Source of the DNA: Mobula hypostoma
Lineage: Eukaryota
Length of the DNA stretch: 64,000 bases
Assembly: GCF_963921235.1 (NCBI RefSeq)
Contig: NC_086108.1
Span: 434,001 to 498,000, forward strand
Reading direction: 5' to 3'
Shown: positions 23,248-35,189 of the stretch, piece by piece
Layout: each line of letters starts with the position of its first letter
Position numbering within the stretch: the stretch's first letter is position 1
Made by a program: the position numbers and the translations under genes
Notes under the pieces: generated by a model
Told to the model about the DNA's origin: nothing
Databases searched by the model: none
What the model saw: only the letters and a program-made list of their open reading frames with translations

Positions 23248-24759
23248 TACTTCACAGTGTGTACAAAGGTGTTGTTCCCTTTGTCTTGTCTGAAAGCATC
23301 ACTGTCTGCTTCCACTCCATGTAGAAGGTGAAACACAAGAGCCACATGGGAATTACCCCCATCTCAGTCAACGTCTCCTGATGAAACATTATAAAGCAGT
23401 GCTTGTCAACTGTTTCCTGCTCATCACCCACTTGTGACTTTTATTTACTTCTGTGCCCCCCAAACAACCTAGTTCCCATTAGTTGCTTAAGATTTGTTTG
23501 GTATTATTCAAACATATTCAACATTTATGTTTAATAGGTTATAGGTATTATTCTATGTTAAATATAATATTATAGGTGTATCTTAAAAATAAAGTTATTT
23601 GAAAACCCTGAAAAGAATACATTATTTATAATATGTATTTATCATTTTCTTTCAATCAGCAATGAAAAAACGCTCAAAATTATTAATTTGAGTGTTTAGA
23701 CTCTTCCTCAGTGTCGACAAAAGGATCGTGGATTCGAGGAGGAACGGAAACAGACATCAGTGTAGTCGAGAGGGTGAGCATTGCAATCTCCTCGGTGTAC
23801 ACATCACCAAGGATCTCACCAGGACTCTACATAGCAGCCATGTGGTGAAAAAAGTATAACAGTGTCTCCTTCACCTCAGAGGGCTGAAGAAGTTTGGCAT
23901 GAGTCTTCAAATCCTCAGCACTTTCCACAGGGTCATCCTGACTGGCTGTGTCATTGCCTGTGTCATGGAAACACGAACTAAGAACACCAGAGCGGCTAAT
24001 AGTTTTGTTTTAAGAGTTTACTAACATGATATTATGGAGAGTCTGCAGCAGTCTCCACCACCACCAGAACTCTGATTTTTTTTGGTTATACAGAGCTCAT
24101 ATTTATACAGCAAGACAAACAACTTCACATAACTTTGTTTAGATCCCACAGTTAGTACAGGATCAATTGTTGAAAAGGTTTGTCAATTGTCTCCCAGCGC
24201 CAGTCTAACAGTCCCTCTTTATTCCATGTTATCAGGACTCATAATTTACCCCCAGACGCATCCTCTCTCCTGGTCCCAGGAGCTCAATATCCTGTTGATT
24301 TGAATTCCTGGCGCTGTGCTTATCATTCAAGGCTATTCTTGACTCGCATCAGCAGTCTAAGTCCAGATGCACGAGAATGGTCAAGTAGCCCATCATTCAC
24401 TAGTTTTAACTATTTCCACCACAAATCCCTCCTTGTCGATCTTTCTGATTAACACTTAAATATTCGTAGTCCCTTCTTTCTGAAAAGGGGGCTCATAACC
24501 CACTGGATAAGGGTGCATTCTTAAACATTCCTCTTCATAGTAACTATCCCCTTCTTCCCCCGTCCCACGATGTGAGATTGCGCATAGAGTAATGTTACCG
24601 TCTCTGCCGGCTTTGGCTTTGACCTTGGAGGGGCACAGACCCAAAAAATGCATAGTCGTTTGACACAATGAACCACCACCGCTAAGCAGATCAGGGCAAT
24701 GAGCCCAAAAGGAGGGGCTGCAACCAGGAATCTGTTCCTTCTCCTAGCACTAATTTAAC

Positions 24760-25077
24760 CTACCTAAAGAAATGCCAGCCTTCTGGAGGGGCTTGAGGGT
24801 CCAGTCTATGTATCTCATCTTGCAGTTGGCTCATATGTTCTGACACATGGGTCATAGCACCAGGTATGTAGGTGCAATATTCTTTCCCTACTAGTGCACA
24901 GACCCCTCCTTCCTTGACTAGTACATAGTCTAGGGGCACTCTGTTCTGTAAGGTCATCATTTCCTGCTTCAGAATGGCAAATCCCTCTATAGTCTCACTG
25001 GCCAACTGGTCTAGTTCTAAACCTATATTGTCTATTACAGGGGTAGGCAATCTTAAGCACAAATGATTTTCTAGCAT
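24760..25077 (-). pseudogene. env: Retroviral env transmembrane subunit fragment
   Basis: LQNRVPLDYVLVKEGGVCALVGKEYCTYIP = immunosuppressive domain plus degenerate CX6CC motif. Confidence 0.85.
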
Positions 25078-25802
25078 GCGTTATTCATTAATTTGAGGCA
25101 AAACATACCTAGATGTATTTAAATGGATAATTCCCATATTTCAAGTTTTTTATGGCATTTATCTGGCCCACCGTCCGCTCATTAATACACGATCTGGCCC
25201 ACAGAGGCAAAAAGGTTGGCTCATCTGTGGGTATTATTTACTGTACCCCACCAGGGGAGTAATCCTGCCAAAAACTTATTCCCCGCAGAAGGACAGACGA
25301 CTGGAACGTCATCTTTGAACCTACTAAGTGCAAGGCGATGGTGATGTCTAGGAAGAGGAATCCATCTAACCCCGACCTGTATTTTGGGAACTGCAAGCTG
25401 GATTTAAAGAAGGAGCTGGTAATCCTTGGTGTGGGATATCACTAATACTGCTAATATTTCCTTTGGTTCCCTCAGCTTCAATTCCTCTTTCCTGAGGCCC
25501 TTCTCTCGTTACAGTGATGTCTGCTCCCCTGGGGGCGCCAGGTGGCTGAACTTTTGGCATGGGGAGTTGTATGGAGGGTGTACAGGTCATCCCAAGGCAA
25601 TCGTCATCATTATTAAATCGTCTATTTCACTGTTGGCTGCTGATGGGGCACTGACCAGTACGGGGAGTCAGGGATAAAGTCCTGCGACAGGCTTCATTTC
25701 AGCACAGCCTTTTCTGTTTCAGGCTGCTTCCTCTCCCTTTCCCTGGGAAGTTGGTGTCTTTAGCCACCTCCTTCCATCGTTTAAAGTATCTTAAGACTTT
25801 GT

Positions 25803-26127
25803 TGGACAGCAAGAACATCCAACAAATCAATTATTCGAAGAAATACAGCCAGACTGCTCACTAGGAGACTTGATTATGAGACAAAAACTCAAATATTTTG
25901 ACTACTTCATGAGAAGACAGAATTTCTTGGAGAAGACTCTCACGCTAGGTAAAACAGGAGGTAAAAGAAGGAGAGGACGACAGAGGCTATGATGGATAGA
26001 CAATATTATTCAGACAATGCATATCCCTTCGGGGATCTTAAAGAGACAGTTTCCAACAAGAAGGCTTGGTGTGCAGGAGTCCATGAGGTGACGAAGAGTT
26101 GGACTCGACTTAACGATTGAACAACAA
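25803..26127 (+). mobile_element. RTE (BovB-like) LINE 3' end
   Basis: WTARTSNKSI..., LEKTLTLGKTGGKRRRGRQRL; 3' end GTCCATGAGGTGACGAAGAGTTGGACTCGACTTAACGATTGAACAACAA. Confidence 0.75.
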
Positions 26128-26780
26128 GGGGAATCAACATCCCAATTTGAGTGGCCATCCCCATTTCGGGTGGCGTCCACCCAGTGCTGGATTAGTCTCA
26201 AATTAAAACCTTTGTGTCTTTGAGCAAGGCACTTAATCACACATTGCTCTAGTCTCTGTGCGAGGAGTGGCGCCCCACACACTTCCAATCTGCGCCTTGT
26301 AGGGCATGAAAATGCCCGACGCAGGCCTCTCATGGTCTGAGTTGACATTCCCTCCCTCCTTAATTTTGTAGCCCGAGCTTGTTTTCTTCTCAAGTTTTCT
26401 TCCAGCCTCAGTTGTGCAGGTGTCTTGGCTTACTCTGAGTCACTGGCCGGACGCTAGGGTACTGACTACCTTCCCTTCTCCCAGGGTGGTCTCTGGCAAC
26501 TACCCCCCTTTCAGCTACAGCAGTTCCAAAGTAATTCGGACCCTACCCCTCTTTCAGCTAGGGCAGTCCCCTATTTAACGTGGCCCTCTTTGTTAGCCTT
26601 TCTTCAAATCTCGCTTCACGGAGATCCCATCCTTGTCACCAGATTCTGCCATGGGAACACGAACTAAGGATGTTAGTTAGTGTGACTAAGAGTGACTTGA
26701 GCTTTGTTTTAGGAGTTCATTAACATGACATCATGGACAGTCTGCAGCAGTCTCCACCACCACCAGAATTCTGATTTTTA

Positions 26781-27094
26781 GATAATTAAAGGCATCCGTT
26801 AGTCTTGCGAGACCATGGATCTGCACCTGGAAAGTCTTCACTCTCCAGGGTGCAGGCCTGGGCGAGGTTGTATGGAAGACCAGCAGTTGCCCATGCTGCA
26901 AGTCTCCCCTCTCCACAACACCAATGTTGTCCGAGGGAAGGGCATTAGGACCCATACAGTTTGGCACTAGTGTCGTCACAGAGCAATGTGTGATTAAGTG
27001 CCTTGCTCAAGGACACAACACGTTCCCTCGGCTGGGGCTCGAACTCACGACCTTCAGGTAGCTGGTCCAATGCCTTAACCACTTGGCCACGTGC
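26781..27094 (-). mobile_element. tRNA-derived SINE with a CORE-like segment, inserted in the ERV LTR
   Basis: Minus strand GTGGCCAAGTGGTTAAGGC (A box), GAGTTCGAGCC (B box) and GTGTCCTTGAGCAAGGCACTTAA; partial second copy at about 26210-26350 (+). Confidence 0.7.
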
Positions 27095-27416
27095 TCATAC
27101 TTTTTTTGATAATGCAGTGCTCATATTCATACAGCAAGAAAAACAACTTCACATAACTTTGCTTAACATCCCACTACCTGATCAACTGTGGAAAAGATAT
27201 GTTAATTGTCTCTCAGCAGGAGTCTAACAGTCCTCTTTATTCCATTATTAGGACTCATAATTTACCTCCAGATGCATCCTCTCTCCTGGTCCCAGGGGCC
27301 TAATACCTTATTTATTGGAGTTCCTTGTACTGTGCTTATCTTCCAAGGTTACGTTGGAGCTGCTCCAGAGTGGTCAAGTATCCCATCATACACTAGCTTT
27401 AACCATTACCACCACA

Positions 27417-27736
27417 ATCTCAAGAGTGAGTTTGTTGAATGCCTACGAGATGGTTTTTAGAGCAGTTTTTCATTGAGCCTACCAGGGGATCAGTTATATT
27501 GGATTGGGTGTTATGTAATGAACCAGAGGTAGGCAGCCAGTGATTGAGTTCAGTTTGAAATTTAATAAGGAGAAAGTGAAGTCTGATGTAGCAGTATTTT
27601 AGTAGAGTAAAGGAAATTACATTGGTATGAGAAAGGAGTTGGACAAAGTAAACTGGAAGGCCATGCTGGCAGGGACGGCGGCAAAGCAATAATGGTGCGA
27701 GTTTCAGGGAAAACTGAGGGAGACGCTGGACAGGTG
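27417..27736 (+). mobile_element. CR1 endonuclease/linker fragment, target of the Gypsy insertion; resumes at 31807-31826
   Basis: EFVECLRDGF; ctggacaGGTG|...|GGTGtattccaaaaacaaag restores the CR1 DRCIPK sequence. Confidence 0.75.
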
Positions 27737-30700
27737 TGTAGCCCCCCAGGCCGCCCTCAGGGTCACTCGGCTCGCTGTCGTCTAGGGAAACAGCCTCGGC
27801 CCCGCCAAACTGGGTAATTCGTTTGTGTGGATGCTGTGTGATGTACCCCACCCCGCCCAAATAACAGACAATACACCGGATACGATTAAATGATGTACAG
27901 TTTATAGATGTTACTGGAACTATACAATTAAGAGAGAATAAAATATAAAAGGAAAATAAAAGGCGCCACACTTATCAGAGTTCAATCTCTTCGTGCACAA
28001 AACCATTGGAGCTCCAGGACCACCTTCTTCACCCTGCGACCCCTCGGACCACCTCGACCGGCCGCCTGGGACCAACAACGGTGGTCGACCAGACGCTCCA
28101 ACGAGTCCGTGTCCGTCTCCTCGCCAAACGCCCTCCTCGGGGTCCGACCCTGTTTGCGGACATCACAGCACCTGGTCCATCCTCTGTCTCACTCTCCCGC
28201 TTCTGCCCCAAAACCCCGCACATACAGTATCTTCAAATACACCAAAACCATAACAACGATCCCAATTGGTTAATAGCACTCTCTTATCACACTCTAAAAT
28301 AAAACAAGCTGCTAGCGCAAACTTTCTCAGCGTTTAACACAACAAAGCGGCATTCCCCAGATTAACATAACAAAGACGCCATTTTAATTAGCTTCCGCAG
28401 TAACATAAAAGACGAAACCCCCTTACACTCTCCCCCCACCAAATAAAGTCATGTCCTCATGACTTCTAATTAACTCGCCACCCAGTCCTACAGACACACA
28501 ACACACACATACACAGATACACACAGTGACAGTGCTCCCCAAACAGTGGACCTTACTCACGTCCCACGGGCGGTAAATAGGCCAACCTATCTGGGATTGA
28601 GACCTCCGTACCCCCTCACCTAAACCCAAAAGGCTCAGACACTACTAGGGATACATCGGGCCTGTTTGCCAACTCCTCTCTCACTCAGGCCAGCACTACA
28701 GCTCGGAGCCCCCAGTCCTGTGTCCGGGGCCCCGCCTCTCCTCCTTCCCAATCCTGCCGCAACTCAGACTGCCCACAGCTAGCCCTCCCCACTACACCTG
28801 ACTCAGTGGGAGAAGGGCCAAAGGTCTCTTCCTCAATCACAGGGAAGTTAGCGAAAGGCAGCATGTTCCACATGTGCAGCACATCATCCTTCGAATCCGT
28901 ATCCTTCCTCATTCCCTCGATCGATAGCTGCTGGTTAAGTTTCTCCAAACTGAAACATTAAGCCGGGGCTACCCCTTCAGTCTCCTGCAGTCGAGACGTC
29001 AGCTTCTTCGGGGACGACTTCAACTCTCGCCACAGCCTCAGCAGTTCTGACTCAGGGTTTCTGGCCATCTCAATCTGGGACGCAGTTACCCCACCAGCTT
29101 CTTCCACCCTGACCTGAAAAGCAGCAGATAAAGAATGTTCAGCCTCCGGTTGTTTCTTCCTCAGGACGTCTTCCAGGTCAACGTTCAGTTTTTCCACATC
29201 ATTTAAACTCGCGATAGTCATCTTCAGGTTCCTTTCAAGCGTCTGCCTCCCTTTTCCAAGATCTGTCCTCCATTTGTTTACCTCCTCGGGAGTGTAGTCA
29301 AACTCCCCTCCCTGGGCTCTCGGTTTTCTGTTGACCTTAGTCAGAACACTTCCATGATCTTCCCCAACTTGCAAGTCTTCCAATCTGTTCTGAATGGACG
29401 TCTTGAGTTTCTGCTGATCCCTTCGAAGGTGGGTCATTGTTTCTTCTCGCTGGATTAATTCGTCAGTATATGACCGCAGTGCGGTGCAAATCTCCTCTCT
29501 TCCCTGTGTCTCATTCAGATTGACGACCTGGGTTTCCATCCCCCGGTCCACCACCGTCTGTCCCAACACCAGGAAGTTCAACTGGTATGTCGGGTCATTT
29601 TCCTCACATTGCACCAAACTCCTCCGGCCAAAAACTCCTCCACATTTGACACTTCGCTTCGGTCGCCCGGGCTCAGCCACTCGCCTCGCCTCATAGTCCC
29701 CCCGGGCGAATCCAAGCTCTAGGCGGTCATCCACATACGTCAAAACTCCACACACCTTCACTTCCCCCATGGTCTTCCTCATGCCCCGCAGGAAGGATGC
29801 AGGGGCTCCGGATATGCCCTTGGGCATCTTTTCGGATCGGAAGAATCCTAGGGAACTAGTAACGGCCATCTTCAGCTCAACAGCCGCACTCCTCAGGATC
29901 TGGCAACGTCCACCTCTCAGATGCAGCACATTAAACCACATCGCATCATCCACGCACACGCTGCCTTCCTCTTCCACGCCCCTAGGGTCCAGTTGCCGCG
30001 ACCTCTCTCTCACTGAGGTGTCTTCAGCGGTCAACTCCCCTCCCTCGTGGTAGTTCAGAGCATCTACTAAGAGGGTCTCACCCTCAGCTACTTTCCCCAG
30101 GACGTACCACCGCTGGGTCTCGTTTAAATTCGGTACCGGCTCAAGGCTGCTTCACACGTCCTCAGAAGCAACTCGACACACTGGGTGCCCAGAAAATGCC
30201 CCCATGAACTCCAGGGTCATTAACCAATCATCGTCTTCTGTATAACTACTGCCACGAGTACCCAAAGTCTCCGGTGCCCTTGCGGTTGTCAAGGGTAAAT
30301 GCTTCAGACACCGGTTGTAAAATGAACTGTACAACAACTTGATCTGTGCCCTGGGGTCGAGGATAGCTTTAGCATTGCTTCCCTCTATCCATAACAACAC
30401 CCTGGGGAGTGGTCCCTCTAGCCTTCAGGAATAGGGTCTTTTCCTTTCGGAAGTTCATTGGTACATTGCTGGGAACGTGCTTCCCCAGAGACCCCAAGCC
30501 GTTCCCCCACTGGGCCTCCACTAAGTTTCCCGACACCTCTCTGATCAGCTGCACAACTGATCCCCTGAAATGATCCCCCTGTCACTGCAAGCAATTTAGC
30601 CGCCCTCCTAGCCAGAGAAGACACACTGAAAACTTTCCCCCCTCTTTCAAATAACTGACAGCTGTCACTACGGTGTAAGTGAACATGACAGCTCTAACAC

Positions 30701-31806
30701 CGTCACCAGCCCGCCTACTCAAACTTTCAACCGATCCCTGTCGCTCTCCCTCAACCGAGCACTGCCACTCATCTAACAACTGAGAGATCCGCTCCGCCCA
30801 CGTCTCGCACGCCTCCGCCCCTCTTGGGGTGGACACTATCCCAAACGCCAGGTGGAGCCTGCCAGAGCTAGAACATTTATTCGCAGACTCTACCTCCAAA
30901 TCAGACCACTCTTTCCTCTCTCTCCCAACTGCATGGACAGCCCCGAGTGCCACCTCCAACTCGTCAATGCCAGCCCGAACTCGAACAAAGACCTCACCCA
31001 CAACACATACAGCAATCACCAGCAAATAACCCACAGAGACACACATTACAGATTTAAACAGGGTACCCACACAGCATACCAACAGACTCAAGCATCCCGG
31101 ACAAGCCCCCACAATGTAGCCCCCCTGGCCACCCTCAGGGTCGCTTGGCTCGCTGTCGTCTAGGGAAACAGCCTCGGCCCCGCCAAACTGGATAATTCTT
31201 TTGTGTGGATGCTGTGTGATGTACCCCACCCTGCCCAAATAACAGACAATACACCAGATGCAATTAAATGATGTACAGTTTATAGATATTACTGGAACTA
31301 TACAATTAAGAGAGAATAAAATATAAAAGGAAAATAAAAGGCACCACACTTATCAAAGTTTAATCTCTTCATGCACAAAACAGTTGGAACTCAAGGACCT
31401 TCTTCACACTGCGACCCCTCGGACCACCTCGACCGGCCGCCTGGGACCACCAATGGTGGTCGACCAGACGCTCCACACGAGTCCATCTCCGTCTCCTCGC
31501 CGAACGCCCTCCTCGGGGTGTCCGACCCTGTTCGCGGACATCACAGCACCTGGTCCATCCTCTGTCTCGCTCTCCCACCTTCTGCCCCAAAACCCCGCAC
31601 ATACAGTATCTTCAAATACACCAAAACCATAACAACGATCCCAATTGGTTAATAGCACTCTCTTATCACACTCTAAATTAAAACAAGCTGCTAGCGCAAA
31701 CTTTCTCAGCGTTTAACACAACAAAGCCGCATTCCCCAGATTAACATAACAAAGACGCCATTTTAATTAGCCTCCGCAGTAACATAAAAATCGAAACTCC
31801 CTTACA
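27737..31806 (-). mobile_element. Non-autonomous Gypsy-type LTR retrotransposon with captured myosin rod sequence
   Basis: Near-identical TG...CA LTRs at 27737-28427 and 31115-31806; 4-bp TSD GGTG; PBS at 31094-31111 TGGGGGCTTGTCCGGGAT (tRNA-Pro type); PPT at about 28428-28440; degenerate gag ([25 protein letters not shown]), protease (AILDPRAQI) and RT (GFFRSEKMPKGISGAPASF, YVDD). Confidence 0.93.
28915..29500 (-). pseudogene. Captured intronless sarcomeric myosin heavy chain rod fragments (MYH16-like)
   Basis: LEDLQVGEDHGSVLTK, LKMTIASLNDVEKLNVDLEDVLRKK, RVEEAGGVTASQIEM...ESELLRLWREL and KKLTSRLQETE...CFSLEK match successive myosin II rod motifs. Confidence 0.8.
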
Positions 31807-31828
31807 GGTGTATTCCAAAAACAAAGAC

Positions 31829-32980
31829 AGGGCCCACAACGGGCCCCACAATTTGGACGCGGCCACAATGACCCCACGGACAGTGGAAACCGCATCCCAA
31901 AGGGGAGAGGGGAACAGACCCTCCACCTCCAGGGATGGCTTCTGGGTCAGCCGTGACCGGACCCGTATCACACCCGAGCCCCAGAAAAAGACCGCTCAGG
32001 CTGCACCCCGTCCGTCGGCGACGAGTAAAATGAACTTGAGTCCGGTAATTGTGCTGCGGGACTGTCTCAGACCAACAGGTCCTGAGAACAACACGTGTAG
32101 TGGGAGTTCCGGCACCGTCCACGGGAGGGCGCTGGAGCTAGTTAACCCACTCGACGCCGATGCGGCCCCACTGCCCCAGTCACAGGAACAGAGAAGACGC
32201 TGGGTGAGCCCCTCGGAGAAGACGCAATCCAACCCAGGAGCAGGGCCCCAGCCTGCCGCTCCCACGGCCTCCCTGACCCAAGACTCTGAGGAATCAGCAC
32301 CCCACCCCACACCAGTGCGGATGGGCACACAGACAAGGGGAGCCAGTACATGAGGACCGAGCAAGTCTTCCACCCCAGGGAACCACACAGCCCGAGAGTC
32401 GGAGGACATGGGACAAACAAGAGGACAGGTAACCCCTATTTGCAACAACCAGGAGGGTCAAATAACGAGGCATCCTCACTCTAAACAGAAAAATGTAACT
32501 TGGAAACTAAGGCCCCTTAAACCTATACTAATTATAGAGAACTCTAACATTTCCAGGATTAAAAGATGCCCGAATAAGGATGTTCAATTGGACAGCTTTC
32601 CGGGAGCCAAATTCACCCATGTCACTGCTATCCTGACAAAGTTAGAACCACAACTGGAAACTAAGAAGGTTATCCCTTCCTTTGGAATAAACGATAGGTC
32701 ACATCAATCAGCAACAGTGACGAAACAGCTTCAGCAATTATTAAGAATGGCCCATATTAAATTTCCCAATGCCAGTATCTGGGTGCCAGAGCTGAACCTT
32801 AGCCACTGTTTGACAGAGGCAGAACAAGCAACCCTGGGCCAACTAAATGAGGTTATTAGAACTAAGAATTATATCCCTGCAATCTTGGTGAGGCAGTTTA
32901 AGGTAGACACAGACCACATCCATTGGACAGGAAACACAGCCCTGACCGTAGTCAAGAGGTGGATGCAGTCTTTAACCTAG
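31829..32980 (+). CDS. Penelope upstream ORF: disordered region plus SGNH hydrolase-like domain (one in-frame TGA at 32351-32353)
   Basis: ORFs 31808..32353 and 32408..32980 share one frame; SGNH blocks IIENSNI (degenerate GDS), SFPGA, SFGIND, DHIH. Confidence 0.7.
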
Positions 32981-35189
32981 AGTGGAGACAAAGCCGAGAG
33001 AGGCAGGGTCCACCACTGGGAGAGACCATCGTGAACCTCTCCCGTACATTCATCCCTACAGAAACCCAGCAAAAGGTTCTGAACAGGGGCCTCACTTTTG
33101 TCCCGACTGCAAAACTCCATAAGGAGCAGATAGAGGGGGACATGGATAAGTTCTACAAGAGAGTGGTACTCGTCGACTTCTTTGGGGAGTCAGAACGTAG
33201 AAAGACCCCTTTCACCCCTCCCTCAGACTGGATGCCCAAGAGGAGGTACAGGCCAGAAGCAGTCCTACAATTTGAGAGCACACTGAATGAGATAATGGAG
33301 AGGGAGAGAGAGGTACAGGATAAACCCAATTTAACCAGGAAGGAGAGAGCAGCCCTGAAGGAGTTGAGGGAAAATATGGATATTGTTATCAAACCAGCAG
33401 ATAAAGGGAGCAGCATAGTGATCATGGGCAAACAGCAATATCTATTTGAGGCACACAGACAATTAAACAACACGGAGCACTACACTAAACTAAAGGAACC
33501 TATATACTGGGAAACACACACAGAAATCAGGAACATTCTGCGAGAACTAGAAAGGACTAGATACCTCGGGAAGAAGCAGGTGGAGTACCTGACAGGGATA
33601 CAGCCACGAGCAAGAAAGTTCTATATCCTCCCCAAAATACACAAGAACCCAGACTCATGGACTGTTCTGGGAGAAATACCACCCGACAGGCCCATCGTGT
33701 CGGACTGCGGCAGTGAATCATACAGGATAGCAGAATACATTGATGCCTTCCTTAACCCACTATCGCAGAAACACTCCAGCTACGTCAAGGACAAGTACCA
33801 CTTTGTCTGGATAGTCAATTCCATGTCAGTGCCCCCTGAGGCCATACTCGTCACCATGGACATTGAAAGCCTGTACACCAATATAGAAACAGACAGGAGT
33901 ATAGAGGCAGTGAGGGATATCCTTCGGGAGAACCCTCAGCTTGAGAGACCAGACGAGGCCTTGATAGAACTCCTTCACCTCAGCCTAACTAAAAATGACT
34001 TTGAATTAAATAATGAATTCTATTTACAAGTCAAGGGCACAGCGATGGGAAAGAAGTTTGCTCCAGCCTATGCCAATATATACATGGCAAAATGGGAGGA
34101 AATAGTTTATCCAAAGTGTCCCAAAAAACCCATGTGTCTCTATAGATACCTGGATGACATCTGAGGAGTGTGGACGCACTCGGAGGTAGAATTAGAGGAA
34201 TTTATTCAAATCCTAAACACTCATCATCCATCCATTAAGGTTAAGGCCGCAACAGATAGGGAGAAAATTGACTTCGGTACTTCGGAAAATTCACTACGGT
34301 ATTTAAACAAGCACCAGAAAATGGCAGCCAGAAACTAGCCACCAAAGCATTCTTTAAAACCACAGACACACACACCCTCCTACACACCGGGAGCCACCAT
34401 CCCAAACACACCTTCAGAGGCATTGTCAAAGGACAGCTGACCCGGTTTCACCGCATTTGCACCAGGGCAGAGGACTTCCACCAAGCCACTACTATCCTCT
34501 TCTCTGCACTTAGACACAGGGGCTACAGCAGACGGAGACTCAGACACATCAAATCTAACTTTTTAAAAAGTATCACAAATCCCCGACCACGGGACAACAC
34601 AACACGAAAACTACCCTTGATAACAGGATACAGTGGGATGGCAGTGAATATCCACAAGAGAGTTAAAACACACTTTGAAGAGCTAAAAGCAGAAGGGGGG
34701 ACACTGGGACAATACACCATAGTCTCAGCCTTCAAAAGGGGTAGAAACTTAAAAGACATACTAGTCACTACCAAAGTACAAACAGCGCCAAACTGCAAGG
34801 TGGGAAACTGCAGGGCGTGCATATACATACAAATTTCAAAAAGCATACACAACAGAGTTACAGGGAAGTGGGCTGAGATAGAGCAGAGGATAACTTGCGA
34901 ACAAAAGAATGTAGTATATGCAATCCAGTGTAAACAATGCCATATTATATACATAGGGGAGACGGGCAACAGCCTGAGAACCAGACTCACAGGACACCTC
35001 AGTAATATCACAAGAGGAAACCAAAACAGACCAGTTAGCAGGCACTTTCTGGAGCATGGAATGTATTCCTTAGCAATCCTGGGCCTGGAAACCAACATAA
35101 ACTGGTCAAACCTCCAAAGAAAAAGAGCAGAGAGGAGATGGATTGAAAGACTACAGATATATTCCCCAAATGGCCTAAACGAGGCCTAA
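32971..35189 (+). pseudogene. Penelope RT-GIY-YIG ORF, disrupted by a TGA after YLDDI and a frameshift near 34280
   Basis: ORFs 32923..34164 and 34617..35189 plus the intervening thumb region (TDTHTLLHTGSHHPKHTFRGIVKGQLTRFHRIC). Confidence 0.9.

Larger units (their letters stand above)
23961..27416 (-). mobile_element. Endogenous retrovirus remnant: two related LTRs (23961-24423 and 26647-27416), PBS, PPT, env TM fragment
   Basis: TG...CA LTRs sharing CACGAACTAAG and AGTCTGCAGCAGTCTCCACCACCACCAGAA. PBS at 26624-26641 (TGGTGACAAGGATGGGAT) resembles tRNA-Ser(GCT) with two CpG-type changes. Purine tract next to 24424. Confidence 0.75.

Noticed and set aside
30582..31652. ORFs duplicated at 27420-28302 and 30582-31652 as a gene pair
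   Set aside because: They are read-through of the two LTR copies of the Gypsy element
34162..34164. In-frame TGA in the Penelope RT as a possible selenocysteine codon
   Set aside because: It falls where Trp (TGG) is expected (YLDDIW), the copy has other lesions, and no convincing SECIS could be drawn
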